Shown here piece by piece: positions 9,068 through 19,519 of a stretch of 60,001 nt of DNA (positions within the stretch are counted from its first letter, which is position 1; every line of letters begins with the position of its first letter). The DNA comes from Sulfurovum sp. (GTDB lineage: Bacteria > Campylobacterota > Campylobacteria > Campylobacterales > Sulfurovaceae). The stretch lies in the NCBI GenBank assembly GCA_003978395.1, contig QNZV01000139.1, forward strand, positions 1-60,001, given 5' to 3'. The notes under the pieces were generated by a model that saw only the letters and a program-made list of their open reading frames with translations, had not been told where the DNA came from and made no database searches. The position numbers were made by a program, and so were the translations under genes.

Positions 9068-10438
9068 ATGTGTGCAATAGTTGGAGTATATGGTGCAGAA
9101 GATGCTGCAAAGATAGCTTATTATGCACTTTTCTCTATGCAACATCGTGGGCAAGAGTCTACAGGAATCTCGTCTGCTGATGGTAAAAGAATCCATCTTG
9201 TTAAACGAAGAGGGCTTGTAACGGATGTTTTTCATGAGGGTAGATTAAAATTATTGGATGGTTTTTCTGCCATAGGACATAACCGTTATTCGACAGCAGG
9301 AAAAGATTCGGTACTTGATGCTCAACCTGTATTCGCAAAGTATAAACTAGGCGAAATATCAGTTGCTCATAATGGAAACTTGACCAATAAATATGAAATT
9401 CGTGATGCACTTATTAAAAATGGAGCTATTTTCCAAACCGATATGGACACCGAAAATATTGTACATCTTATTGCCAAAAGTCAAAAAAATAAACTTAAAG
9501 CTCGTATAAAAGATATGTTGAAAAAGATAGAAGGTGCTTATTGTTTAGCTATTCAGAGTCGTAGTAAAATGTTTGTTATTCGTGACCGTTTTGGCATTCG
9601 TCCTTTGAGTCTTGGAAGACTTAAAAATGGTGGTTGGATAGTTGCTTCTGAGACCTGTGCTTTTGATTTGGTTGGTGCAGAGTTCATTCGTGATGTGAAA
9701 CCAGGAGAGATGCTTATTTTTGACAAAGATAAAGAGCCACACTCAGAGATGATTTTTGAGCCAGACCCTCATCCATGTGCATTTGAATATATCTACTTTG
9801 CTCGTCCTGATTCTATTATTGATGGAAAGACTGTTTATAATATGCGTCTAAAAATGGGTAAACAGTTGGCAAAAGAGACACCTTCTGATATAGATTTAGT
9901 TTTACCTGTTCCTGATTCTGGTGTGGCTGCTGCCAAAGGCTATGCCGATGGAATGGGTGTTCCTTTTGAGATGGGAATTGTCCGAAATCACTATGTAGGA
10001 CGTACCTTTATTGAGCCAACCCAAGAGATAAGAGATTTAAAAGTAAAATTAAAACTCTCTCCGATTAAAGATATGATTAAAGGGAAAAGAGTAGCGATTG
10101 TTGATGACTCTTTGGTTCGTGGAACAACCTCTAAACAGATTGTAAAACTACTAAAAGAGGCTGGTGCACTAGAAGTTCACATGCGTATTGCAGCTCCTGA
10201 AATCAAATTTCCTTGTCGATATGGAATAGATACAGCAACCACCCAAGAACTTATCTCTTCTTCTAAGACACCAGAAGAGATAGCTGAATATATCGGTGCT
10301 GATTCATTAGGATTTTTGTCGATTAAAGGTCTAACAGACTCTTTAGGAGATGATAGTAAATATTCATTGGTTAGTTTTGATGGAGACTATTTTGCAGGTG
10401 GAAATGCAGATAGCCCATCTTGTAGTACTTTAAGTTAG
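9068..10438 (+). CDS. purF: Amidophosphoribosyltransferase
   Basis: N-terminal Cys, QHRGQES, GHNRYST, VDDSLVRGTT. Confidence 0.97.
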   Translation: MCAIVGVYGAEDAAKIAYYALFSMQHRGQESTGISSADGKRIHLVKRRGLVTDVFHEGRLKLLDGFSAIGHNRYSTAGKDSVLDAQPVFAKYKLGEISVAHNGNLTNKYEIRDALIKNGAIFQTDMDTENIVHLIAKSQKNKLKARIKDMLKKIEGAYCLAIQSRSKMFVIRDRFGIRPLSLGRLKNGGWIVASETCAFDLVGAEFIRDVKPGEMLIFDKDKEPHSEMIFEPDPHPCAFEYIYFARPDSIIDGKTVYNMRLKMGKQLAKETPSDIDLVLPVPDSGVAAAKGYADGMGVPFEMGIVRNHYVGRTFIEPTQEIRDLKVKLKLSPIKDMIKGKRVAIVDDSLVRGTTSKQIVKLLKEAGALEVHMRIAAPEIKFPCRYGIDTATTQELISSSKTPEEIAEYIGADSLGFLSIKGLTDSLGDDSKYSLVSFDGDYFAGGNADSPSCSTLS

Positions 10439-10446
10439 TATCTTAA

Positions 10447-10474
10447 AATAGTGAACTTTTAAAAGTTCACTATT
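10447..10474. terminator. Bidirectional terminator between convergent genes
   Basis: Perfect 28-bp palindrome AATAGTGAACTTTTAAAAGTTCACTATT overlapping the NlpC/P60 gene stop. Confidence 0.6.
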
Positions 10475-11790
10475 CCCGTCAATGTATTAATCAACATACT
10501 TCTTTTTTTGACATTTGCCAACTCCATTCCAGGTTTTGTGGTACTAATAATGGCTCTTGCTAAAACTTTTTTACTACCATCTTTGAGACGTACTCCCCAA
10601 TAGTTATGTAAAATAATAGGTTCGCCTTTTCTCTCTCCAAGATAGAGTGTAATGTGACCTGGTACAAACAGAAGAGACCTAAATGGTTTTGCATCAGCTA
10701 AAATAGTCTGTTGTTTTCTTTTGGCATTTAGACCTTTAAGTGAGATAAACTCATTTCCATTATTGGCCTGTTGTCGTGAGTTTCTAGCCAAGTATATTCC
10801 AAATGGAGCAAAAAAATCTTTTGTTAGGGCAGAACAGTCACGAGTCTGATACCCTCCACCCCATCCATAAGGCTCTCCTACGAGTTGTTTAGAGATATAA
10901 GCAATATTATATTGATTAAATTTAATAGGTTTATGTGCAATAATATCAATGTCGTTAACAGTTACTTTTGATAAATAAGCATAACCCTTTTTATCTTTTT
11001 TTGCAAGAAGATATTTTTTTGTTTCTGGGTCTATAGGAAAGATACTGCCCATTTTGACCAGAGAGATAAATCCATCGTCATCGCTAAGATTTAAATTGTC
11101 TTTGACTGTAATGGAGTAATCATTATTCCTAAATTGTGTTTGAAAATCTGATGAAACAAAAGCAATATCCTCTACCTTTATCCATCCCGAAGCAAAAGAT
11201 GTCTGTGCATAAACCCATTTTTTATCTAAAGAGTAGTGAGATAACGCTAGGGGTGTATTTATATGTACCGATGAGTTTTGATTATAGTCAAAAGGAAAAC
11301 CTTCGCCTGTTCTTTTTGGGTCATAGTAGATACCGTCTGAGCTTGGATAGAGTTTTAAATCGGTATGTCTAATTGTAATGGCAGGTTGTGATAGGGTATC
11401 TGAATTTGAGAAATTAGAATTTTTTATCTGTTGTTTATACCACGATTTTGGAATACGAGTTCTATCTTGATGATAGGTTCTCTCTTTTGCATATTTAAAT
11501 TGCCATGTTCTTTCACTTTGGCTCAACATAACCATTCCAGAATCCCATGGTTGAAAAAACTTTTCGTTGTAACGCCTATCATATTCTAATTGCTCTTCAG
11601 CACTCATGGTTGTAATCTGTTTCGCAAATGCTGTTGTATCTTGAGATATTTCTAAAGTATCTTTAATCTGATTTGCTGGCATCATATCAATAGCTGAGGA
11701 GCTTCTTTCGCCTAATGTTAAAATAGTTTCTGCAAATAGTATGGAGCTTAATGTAGAAAGTAAGCCAATGGTTATAATAAAATTTTTCAT
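10459..11790 (-). CDS. SH3-domain NlpC/P60 (C40) cell-wall peptidase
   Basis: Signal peptide; GEGFPFD motif; PYGWGG...RDCSAL; GHITLYLG. Confidence 0.88.
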   Translation of the reverse strand: MKNFIITIGLLSTLSSILFAETILTLGERSSSAIDMMPANQIKDTLEISQDTTAFAKQITTMSAEEQLEYDRRYNEKFFQPWDSGMVMLSQSERTWQFKYAKERTYHQDRTRIPKSWYKQQIKNSNFSNSDTLSQPAITIRHTDLKLYPSSDGIYYDPKRTGEGFPFDYNQNSSVHINTPLALSHYSLDKKWVYAQTSFASGWIKVEDIAFVSSDFQTQFRNNDYSITVKDNLNLSDDDGFISLVKMGSIFPIDPETKKYLLAKKDKKGYAYLSKVTVNDIDIIAHKPIKFNQYNIAYISKQLVGEPYGWGGGYQTRDCSALTKDFFAPFGIYLARNSRQQANNGNEFISLKGLNAKRKQQTILADAKPFRSLLFVPGHITLYLGERKGEPIILHNYWGVRLKDGSKKVLARAIISTTKPGMELANVKKRSMLINTLTGIVNF

Positions 11791-11990
11791 AATGCCCTCC
11801 TAGTTTTAGTTTATATATGTATATTTATAGCTCTATTATAATGAAATATAAAATTAAAATCTAGGTCTAAACACTTATCCTATGGGCATTAGGCTAAAGT
11901 ATAATAAAAAATAAATAGATTTAGAACACTTTCTGTTTTATTTTATAAATATATTTGTAGAATACAACTAAAAAATTAGATTTAGTTATA

Positions 11991-12656
11991 TTATTTTTTC
12001 CTAGATTCTTTCTCTTCAATTCCACTCATTCCAAATCGACGAGCCAACTCTTGTTTAACTCTATCAGGAGATATGTCACGGTAACCTAGACCTACAATAG
12101 TATGATAGAGTAAATCAGCAGATTCATAAATAACTTGCTCATCAGACTCTTCATTAATCGCTACACAAACCTCATCTGCCTCTTCACGAATTTTACTTAG
12201 CATTAACTCTTTGTCATTAAGCAGTTTTTTTGTCCATGATTTTTTAGTGTTATTATCATTTTTACGTTCTAAAACCGTATGATATAAACTATCAACTACT
12301 CCATACATAGCAGTGGTATCTACTTCTTGCTCTAACACTCTTTTCTCTTCTATTACAGAGGTAAAAAAACAGCTTTTTGTTCCTGTGTGACACGCAACAC
12401 CATTTTGATGAATTTTTAAAATCAAGGTATCTGCATCACAATCTAAAAGTATATCTTTTACCTCTTGGGTATGGTTAGAACTTTCGCCTTTTTTCCAAAT
12501 ACGTTGTTTGCTTCGGCTAAAGTAGTGGGCATAGCCAGTTTGAAGTGTTAAGTTATAAGCCTCTTCATTCATATAGGCTAACATAAGAATCTCATCTGTC
12601 TCATGCTCTTGTGCAATTGCAGGGATTAGGGGGGTTTTTTGCCAATTAATGGTCAT
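11991..12656 (-). CDS. hisIE: Bifunctional phosphoribosyl-AMP cyclohydrolase/phosphoribosyl-ATP diphosphatase
   Basis: YFSRSK..WKKGESS, DCDAD, ACHTG..SCF, ESADLLYH. Confidence 0.96.
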   Translation of the reverse strand: MTINWQKTPLIPAIAQEHETDEILMLAYMNEEAYNLTLQTGYAHYFSRSKQRIWKKGESSNHTQEVKDILLDCDADTLILKIHQNGVACHTGTKSCFFTSVIEEKRVLEQEVDTTAMYGVVDSLYHTVLERKNDNNTKKSWTKKLLNDKELMLSKIREEADEVCVAINEESDEQVIYESADLLYHTIVGLGYRDISPDRVKQELARRFGMSGIEEKESRKK

Positions 12657-12667
12657 GTAAGGTCTCC

Positions 12668-12735
12668 GTAGGGTGCGATTGCTATCGCACCATGTTTATA
12701 AGTTTAATAATGGCGTGATAGAAATCACACCATAT
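12668..12735. repeat. GTAG-type REP doublet (REPIN-like), degenerate
   Basis: GTAG-GGTGCGAT-tgct-ATCGCACC (12668-12691) and an inverted copy at 12712-12735, 18/24 identical. Confidence 0.65.
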
Positions 12736-12737
12736 GA

Positions 12738-13865
12738 TTATTGTTGTGCTGAAATAGCTCTCTGCTCTTTAGCTTTTGCATCTACCCAAATATTAGGTAC
12801 TGCTCCACCAGGTGTCAAGAAAATTTGTGCATCTTTATTTACTTTTAGTGCTTCGTTAAATTTAGCTTGAGTTTTAATCTGCTCTAATTGAAGAAGTTGA
12901 GTTGTTAATGATGCAGAGATAAGTGAGTTTGCTTTTGCTTGCTCTTCTGCTTCAATTCGAATTTTATCAGCTTGACCTTGAGCTACAATTCTGTTTCTTT
13001 CAGCCTCTCCACGTGCAATTTCTGCATTTTTTTGTGCCTCTTGTTTTGCACGCTCTTTCTGTTGTTCGGCAATGTTTACATTTTGCTTTTCTGCTTGAAG
13101 TTGCTCAATTTTCTCTCTAATTTTTATAGGAAGAACAATGTTTCTAAGTTCAACAGATGCCAAAACAACAGGTCTATCTTCTAGTGCATTTACTTTTTGA
13201 GTTACTTTTGTCTGAATTGCTGTTGCGATTTCATTTCTCATCTCTGGAAGTTTTTCAGCAGCATATTGACCAATAACATCACGAACTACCTCTCTTACTT
13301 TAGAGTTTATAATTTTCTCTTCCCAACTTGCACCCCATTTTTCAATCGTTTTTGGTGCTGACTCTGCACGCAATCTATACTGTACTGCTAGGTCAATATT
13401 TACGGTTAAGCCTCTTTTGTCCAGTACAGGAATTGCACGGCTTCTTTTTACTCCACCCTCAATATTGTTTGCACCTAAAGTACTTCTTGAATTGTAGTTA
13501 TCTCCTACAAGTGCATTGTCTTGATTTGAGTAGATAATTTGTCTCATTCTTGTGTTTACAATAATGATTCTCTCTAATACTGGAATGTAAAATTTCAAAC
13601 CTGCTTTTAAAGGTACTTCTTCAAATTTACCTGTATGTACTTTAATTCCCACTTCTCCAGAGTTGATGATAGTAAATGGTTTAAAAAAGATAAAGGCTGC
13701 TACAATTGCTAAAGCAATAAATATCCATGATGGTGCTGATTTAGAACCACCATTACCTCCTCCATTAGAGTTATTGTTCATTGTTCTTTTAGGTGGTTGA
13801 TTATTGCCCCCACCACTGTTGTTGGGTTGTTTCTTTTTAAAATAGTCGTTCATGTCTGCTGGCAT
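12738..13865 (-). CDS. SPFH/prohibitin (band 7) family membrane protein
   Basis: MPADMNDYFKK start, N/G-rich linker, one TM helix, SPFH core, AE-rich coiled coil. Confidence 0.9.
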   Translation of the reverse strand: MPADMNDYFKKKQPNNSGGGNNQPPKRTMNNNSNGGGNGGSKSAPSWIFIALAIVAAFIFFKPFTIINSGEVGIKVHTGKFEEVPLKAGLKFYIPVLERIIIVNTRMRQIIYSNQDNALVGDNYNSRSTLGANNIEGGVKRSRAIPVLDKRGLTVNIDLAVQYRLRAESAPKTIEKWGASWEEKIINSKVREVVRDVIGQYAAEKLPEMRNEIATAIQTKVTQKVNALEDRPVVLASVELRNIVLPIKIREKIEQLQAEKQNVNIAEQQKERAKQEAQKNAEIARGEAERNRIVAQGQADKIRIEAEEQAKANSLISASLTTQLLQLEQIKTQAKFNEALKVNKDAQIFLTPGGAVPNIWVDAKAKEQRAISAQQ

Positions 13866-13918
13866 TTTTATTCCTTGGGTTGTGGTTTATCACATGAGCT
13901 TTTGCTCAAAATATGTTT

Positions 13919-14836
13919 TTATATGTATGTTAAATAGTGTTTGTACTTTTCATTTCTTCCAAATACAATATCAAAGTAGGTACTTTGAATAATCTCTGTA
14001 ATCTCTCCACGTGAGCCACCACCAATTATACGTGCATCAATATCTCGTACAGGGGTAATCTCGGCAGCTGTTCCTGTCAAGAAGGCTTCATCTGCAACAT
14101 ATACCTCTTCACGAGTAATTCGTCTTCGTGTTACAGTATATCCCATATCTTCTGCCAATTCAATAACCATCTTTTGGGTAATAGAAGCCAAAGAGTTATC
14201 GTTTGGTGGAGTAATAATCTCGCCATCTTTAATCATAAAAAAACATGCACCACTCGCTTCAGCTACGTACCCTTGGTCATCAAGAAGTAGTGCCTCATCA
14301 TAACCACAATCAATCGCTTCAAATTTTGCCATTTGGCTATTTAAATAGTTAGCAGTTGCTTTTGCTTTACCCATACTTGATGTGTTTCCTGCTCGGCTCA
14401 TAGAAGCAATTTTAAGTTTAATTCCTGATTTTAATCCCTCTTCTCCAAGGTATGCACCCCATTCCCATGCTGCTAGAACAGTCTCTACAGGTGCATTTTT
14501 ATGATAAACACCCATTACTCCATAACCTAAGAAAGCAAAAGGTCTAATGTATACATTGTCTCCTGTAAACTCATTCTTTCTAATCAATTCAATTTGAGCT
14601 TGATTCATCTCTTCAACAGTGTAAGGGATGTCAATAAGGGTCATTTTTGCTGACTCTTTAAGTCTTTTGGTATGGTCATTTAATCTAAAAATTGCATATC
14701 CATTATCTGTTTTATAAGCTTTGGTTCCTTCAATTACACCATTTCCATAGTGTAGGGTGTGTGATAATACGTGAGTTTGTGCTTCGTTCCAAGGTTTAAA
14801 TTCGCCGTTCATCCATATATATTTTGCTGCATCCAT
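13919..14836 (-). CDS. ilvE: Branched-chain amino acid aminotransferase
   Basis: HTLHYGNG..EG, KAKATANY, EAFLTGTAAEITPV. Confidence 0.96.
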   Translation of the reverse strand: MDAAKYIWMNGEFKPWNEAQTHVLSHTLHYGNGVIEGTKAYKTDNGYAIFRLNDHTKRLKESAKMTLIDIPYTVEEMNQAQIELIRKNEFTGDNVYIRPFAFLGYGVMGVYHKNAPVETVLAAWEWGAYLGEEGLKSGIKLKIASMSRAGNTSSMGKAKATANYLNSQMAKFEAIDCGYDEALLLDDQGYVAEASGACFFMIKDGEIITPPNDNSLASITQKMVIELAEDMGYTVTRRRITREEVYVADEAFLTGTAAEITPVRDIDARIIGGGSRGEITEIIQSTYFDIVFGRNEKYKHYLTYI

Positions 14837-14947
14837 TTGTGCGTTTCTCCAGTGTTTCTTTTCATTAAAATTTAATGGAACATTTTATCTAAAGTCGTGT
14901 TAAACTCTCTTTTTATGCTAAACTATGCCAAAAATGAGAGGGTCTCA

Positions 14948-16288
14948 ATGCACATATTTTGGAAATATCTATTATGGTTGTTAAGTTTTTTAACAATAGT
15001 GATTTTTTATCTATTAAATACCTCTTTGGGGCAGTATACTATGACTCAAAGCTTAAGCTATTTTCTATCAAACAAAACTAAAAATAGTTTAAAAGTCTCT
15101 TCTTTAAATATTGATAACTATCCTAAAGTAAGTATGAATATAGAGATTAATAGAGGTGCTATAGCCTCTTTTCATGGAGAGGTGCATGGTAGAAAAATTG
15201 ATATGGATTATCATCTTACTGGTAACTCTTTTAAATATAACTCTATTGATTTAAAAGAAAAAATTGATATAAAAGGGCATATCTCAGGTCTCTATCCCAA
15301 ATTTTTAGTAGAAGGAGAAGGGGAAACATTTGAAGGAGATGTTGCTTTCTCTTTTATTAAAACTCCCAAAGAGTTTAAAAGTTTAAAGATAGCATTGCGT
15401 GATGTGAATAGTGAAAATATTTTAATCTATTTGAAAAAGAAGCCTCTGGTTCATGGAAAGGCAGATATAGATGCCCATTTTAGAAGTTTTTCAAAATATA
15501 AAAGGGATGGAGAAGCACTTATCTATATGGAAAAAGCAACAATACCATCAGTCTCTAGGGATAAGATTTTCTCTTTTAAAAGTAAAATGAAATTTAAAAA
15601 TAAAGAGTTAATAGTTACAGGTGAAAGTGATACTTTTGAGGGCTTATTAAAGTATAAATATAGTAAAAATAAATTGGAGTTAAACTTATATGGTACTTCA
15701 TTGGTTAAACTTTTACGCTTTTTCTCTTATCCTGCACTTTTGTCTGCAAAGGTTTATGGCTCTATTGATTATGATATAAAAAATAAGATAGTTATTCTAC
15801 ACAGTAAGCTAAAACAGACGAAGTTTAGAAAAACAAAAATAACCGATATGATTTTTAATAGAACAGGTATTGATATATTAAAAGATACCTATGATGATAG
15901 CTCCTTTATCGCTGGGTATCAAAATTCTATTTTATACTCAACATTGAGAATTGATAATGGACGTGATAAACATCTCTATCTAACCGATACAAAACTCTAC
16001 TCTAAAACCAACGCTATAAAATCTAAATTTGAAATGACAATAGGAGGACAAGAGCTTTATGGTGGTATCTATGGAACATTGAAAAATCCTAAAGTCTCTA
16101 TTGATATGCAAAAAATTTTAAAGTATCAGTTAGAGAAACAGATAGGCAGTTTTTTAGGAATAGGAAAAAAAGAGCTTATTAAACGAAAATTAAATAGTGT
16201 AAAAGAAGATCTCTCTAAAAGTCTCGAAGAGGTTGATGTAGAGAGGGTAAAAGAGAAGGCTAAAAGCTTTTTGAATGATTTTTTTTAG
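14948..16288 (+). CDS. Hypothetical membrane-anchored beta-rich protein (possibly AsmA-like)
   Basis: N-terminal TM helix, beta-rich body, G.LKNPKVSID near the C-terminus; ATG at 14948 follows GAGAGG, preferred over GTG at 14897. Confidence 0.55.
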   Translation: MHIFWKYLLWLLSFLTIVIFYLLNTSLGQYTMTQSLSYFLSNKTKNSLKVSSLNIDNYPKVSMNIEINRGAIASFHGEVHGRKIDMDYHLTGNSFKYNSIDLKEKIDIKGHISGLYPKFLVEGEGETFEGDVAFSFIKTPKEFKSLKIALRDVNSENILIYLKKKPLVHGKADIDAHFRSFSKYKRDGEALIYMEKATIPSVSRDKIFSFKSKMKFKNKELIVTGESDTFEGLLKYKYSKNKLELNLYGTSLVKLLRFFSYPALLSAKVYGSIDYDIKNKIVILHSKLKQTKFRKTKITDMIFNRTGIDILKDTYDDSSFIAGYQNSILYSTLRIDNGRDKHLYLTDTKLYSKTNAIKSKFEMTIGGQELYGGIYGTLKNPKVSIDMQKILKYQLEKQIGSFLGIGKKELIKRKLNSVKEDLSKSLEEVDVERVKEKAKSFLNDFF

Positions 16289-16328
16289 GATATAATTAAC
16301 TACTATAATATTAAAATAAAGGTAAAAG

Positions 16329-17780
16329 ATGTTTGGAATATTTAATAGAAGCAATCAAATTAATGATGCACAAATTTTTATGGGAAGTCAAGAAGAGTCA
16401 CGAGAAAATTTTTCTGAACGTAGAAGTCCCTATACTCATGAGGTGGTAAGTCGAGCTCCTATATGTACTGCAGAAGATACTATTAGTGCATTGAAGATTG
16501 CTGAAGTTGCCTCTAAAGTTACAGCAAAAACGCCTCTGCATCAGCGAGTCTCTTGGCTAGAAGATGTGGCAGATATGTTAGAAGAGCATCGTGAAGATAT
16601 GGCATTGACTTTGGTACATGAAGTGGCTAAACCATTAGCTTTTGCACGAGTAGAGGTTGACCGATGTATTGAGACCATTAGAATTACAGCAAAAGAGCTA
16701 ATTGCATTGCATGGGGAGACGATTCCTACTGATATTGCACCAAGTGGAAGAAAAACAATAGCCTATTTTACACGTGTACCTGTTGGCGTGGTTGCGTGTA
16801 TCACTCCATTTAATTTTCCGTTGAATTTGGTAGCTCATAAGATTGCTCCTGCTTTGGGTGCTGGGAATGCTGTTGTTTTAAAGCCAACACCTGAAGCACC
16901 TTTAACATCTTATAAGTTAGCAAAACTATTTAACAGCTCTAAATATGCCATAAAAGATGCATTATCGGTTATTTATGGAGATGTAGAGGTAGGTAGTACT
17001 TTGGTAAAAAGTATGATTCCTCGTGTACTATCATTTACAGGTTCTGTTCCTGTGGGAAATATTATTACTCAACAAGCAGGAATTAAAAAAGTGAGTTTAG
17101 AGCTTGGAGGAAACGCAGCAACATTTATTGATACTTCAGCAGATATTGAGTACGCTGCTTCACGTTGTGCCTATGGTGCTTTTGTAAATTCTGGTCAAGT
17201 CTGTATATCTCTACAACGTATCTATGTTCATACGGATGTTTATGATGAGTTTTCAGAGGTACTTGCACGAGAGACTAAAACACTCAAAGTAGGTTCTCCT
17301 TATGAAGAAGATACCTTTATGGGTCCACTTATTGATTCAGACTCTTTAGAACGTGCAGAAACATGGGTAGCCTCTGCTCAAGAAGAGGGAGCAACTTTGT
17401 TAACAGGAGGAGAAGTTGTTGATGGAAGTTTTACTCCAACGGTTATGGCAAATGTAACTGATGATATGAAAATTATTTGTGAAGAGGTTTTTGCACCAAT
17501 TGTTTCATTGGTCAGAGTAGACTCTTATGAAGAGGCTATTATAAAAATGAATGACTCTCCTTATGGATTACAATTTTCTATATTTACCAATAATTTAAAA
17601 GTAACTCAGCAGTTTATAGAAGATGCTGAGTGTGGAGGAGTAGTTATCAATGATATTCCAACTTTACGTTTTGATGTTCAACCTTATGGTGGTTCTAAAC
17701 TTTCAGGAATAGGGCGTGAAGGACCGAAATGGGCATTAGAAGAGTTTACAGAGATAAAGTCGGTACTTATTTGTAATTAG
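16329..17780 (+). CDS. Aldehyde dehydrogenase family protein
   Basis: ITPFNFP, FTGS, LELGGN, SGQVCIS, EEVFAP, SGIGREG. Confidence 0.95.
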   Translation: MFGIFNRSNQINDAQIFMGSQEESRENFSERRSPYTHEVVSRAPICTAEDTISALKIAEVASKVTAKTPLHQRVSWLEDVADMLEEHREDMALTLVHEVAKPLAFARVEVDRCIETIRITAKELIALHGETIPTDIAPSGRKTIAYFTRVPVGVVACITPFNFPLNLVAHKIAPALGAGNAVVLKPTPEAPLTSYKLAKLFNSSKYAIKDALSVIYGDVEVGSTLVKSMIPRVLSFTGSVPVGNIITQQAGIKKVSLELGGNAATFIDTSADIEYAASRCAYGAFVNSGQVCISLQRIYVHTDVYDEFSEVLARETKTLKVGSPYEEDTFMGPLIDSDSLERAETWVASAQEEGATLLTGGEVVDGSFTPTVMANVTDDMKIICEEVFAPIVSLVRVDSYEEAIIKMNDSPYGLQFSIFTNNLKVTQQFIEDAECGGVVINDIPTLRFDVQPYGGSKLSGIGREGPKWALEEFTEIKSVLICN

Positions 17781-17891
17781 AATAGTAGAGGGTACTATTT
17801 CTTTCATTTAAGTTAAAATAAAGATATGCTATACTGAAATTGTTGTGTTCATATATTAATGTTCCAATGTTATTATTTCAAAGGAGTACAA

Positions 17892-18335
17892 GTGGAATAT
17901 TTATTAGATATAGGGTTTTTAGGTACATCTGCCCCCTATTTCATGGATATTATTTTAGTATATCTATTATCTTTACCCATTTTAATGACTTTTTCTATAC
18001 TTTTAGTAGGCAATCGAAAATATGGTTTACATCGTTTTACTCAAACTTTACTATTTTTATTAACAGTATTTGTTTTATTTATTTTTAATTATGAAATTTA
18101 TATAGTTGTAGAGAAAGAGCTGTTTTATTTATTACTTATTGAGCTTTTTTTCTCTATTGTTATCTTGATTATGTGGTTGAGAGTTATTTTATTTGCAGTA
18201 GATGATAGAAGACGAAAAGGATTACCAGGTTTATATTCATCTTCACATAAAAAATCAGGTAAACGTATTTTTCTTGTTATGCTTTTTATGATATTTATTA
18301 ATACTTATCTCTATTGGATAGTTTATGTTGATTAA
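17892..18335 (+). CDS. DUF420-like membrane protein
   Basis: GFLGTSAP..MD start motif, four TM helices, HKK.G; GTG at 17892 follows AAGGAG. Confidence 0.65.
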   Translation: MEYLLDIGFLGTSAPYFMDIILVYLLSLPILMTFSILLVGNRKYGLHRFTQTLLFLLTVFVLFIFNYEIYIVVEKELFYLLLIELFFSIVILIMWLRVILFAVDDRRRKGLPGLYSSSHKKSGKRIFLVMLFMIFINTYLYWIVYVD

Positions 18336-18792
18336 AAATCAAAAAAAAGAAGTGGCACTCTCTGCTTGTCTTTTAGGTTGTAGTTGTCGTTATGATGCAA
18401 AAGATAATTTAAACAGAGAGTTACTCTGTGAACTTGAATCTTTTAGTATTGTCTCTTTTTGTCCAGAAGATTATGCTTTTGGAACACCCAGACCAACCAT
18501 GGATTTAATTATGGAGAACTCTACTACAAGAGCCATCTCCAATGAAAATCATCATGATTTATCTGCCCCAATATACAATTATGCCAAAAAATTTTTTCAA
18601 GAAAATCCAAACATAAAACTTTTTATAGGCAAAGATAGAAGTCCCTCTTGTGCTGTAAAGTCTGGTAAAGTTTATGACAAAGATAAAAAAATAGTCCATA
18701 AACATGGAACAGGGTTAATGGCAAAGGTTGCTTTAGATTTAGGTATTGAATCTTGGGATGCTGAAGAGTATTTGACTACTCATACTTCTTAA
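18325..18792 (+). CDS. DUF523 (2-thiouracil desulfurase-like) Fe-S protein
   Basis: SACLLG..CRYD, CPE...GTPR, SPSC motifs. Confidence 0.88.
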   Translation: MLIKNQKKEVALSACLLGCSCRYDAKDNLNRELLCELESFSIVSFCPEDYAFGTPRPTMDLIMENSTTRAISNENHHDLSAPIYNYAKKFFQENPNIKLFIGKDRSPSCAVKSGKVYDKDKKIVHKHGTGLMAKVALDLGIESWDAEEYLTTHTS

Positions 18793-19000
18793 ACTGCTCT
18801 AGCCATACAATATCTTCTTGTTTTATTGTTCCTACTTTGTTGATGAGGTTTGCTTTAATTGACTCTAAATCATTAAGCTCTAAATATTCTATGTAGTTAG
18901 GGTTAATGTCAACACTCTTTTGTGGGTTATACGAGAGTAAAACCTCTATCTCTTTTAATAATTTCTCTTTTTTTATAATCATTTCATTTTTACTATTCAT
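18776..19000 (-). CDS. Small hypothetical protein
   Basis: 74-aa ORF filling the gap; protein-like composition (INPNYIEYL, WLEQFKKY); start uncertain. Confidence 0.6.
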   Translation of the reverse strand: MNSKNEMIIKKEKLLKEIEVLLSYNPQKSVDINPNYIEYLELNDLESIKANLINKVGTIKQEDIVWLEQFKKYE

Positions 19001-19036
19001 TCTGTTATACTAGCGAAAAAATAATAAGGAGTAAGC

Positions 19037-19504
19037 ATGTTAGAAATTGGTGATGTTATCCCAGCTTTTTGTCTGCCCAATCAAGATGAAGAAGAGATAT
19101 GTTTTCGAGATATAAAAGGGCGATGGGCTGTGGTCTATTTTTACCCAAAAGACAATACCCCAGGATGTACAACCGAAGCGTGTGATTTTACAGAAGCTAT
19201 GCCTGATTTTACTAATCTTGAAGCCATTATTTTAGGAGTTAGTCCAGACACTCCCAAGAAACATAGAAATTTTATAGAGAAAAAAGCGTTAAAGATTACA
19301 CTTTTAGCCGATGAAGATAAATCTTTGTGTAAAAGTTTTGGTATGTGGCAACCCAAAAAGTTTATGGGTAGAGAGTACATGGGGGTAGTTAGAAGTACTT
19401 TTTTAATTGCTCCTGATGGAACATTAGCATATAAATGGGAAAAAGTTAGAGTTAAAAATCATGTTGCAGAAGTTAAAGAGAAGTTAATAGAGTTACAAGG
19501 TTAA
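19037..19504 (+). CDS. bcp: Thiol peroxidase BCP (peroxiredoxin Q)
   Basis: YFYPKDNTPGCTTEACDF; AAGGAG RBS. Confidence 0.95.
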   Translation: MLEIGDVIPAFCLPNQDEEEICFRDIKGRWAVVYFYPKDNTPGCTTEACDFTEAMPDFTNLEAIILGVSPDTPKKHRNFIEKKALKITLLADEDKSLCKSFGMWQPKKFMGREYMGVVRSTFLIAPDGTLAYKWEKVRVKNHVAEVKEKLIELQG

Positions 19505-19519
19505 AACCTTGAGACTCTA

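Noticed and set aside
13730-13865. Asn/Gly-rich low-complexity N-terminus of the SPFH protein as a repeat or prion-like novelty
   Set aside because: No DNA tandem repeat; such linkers are usual in this SPFH group
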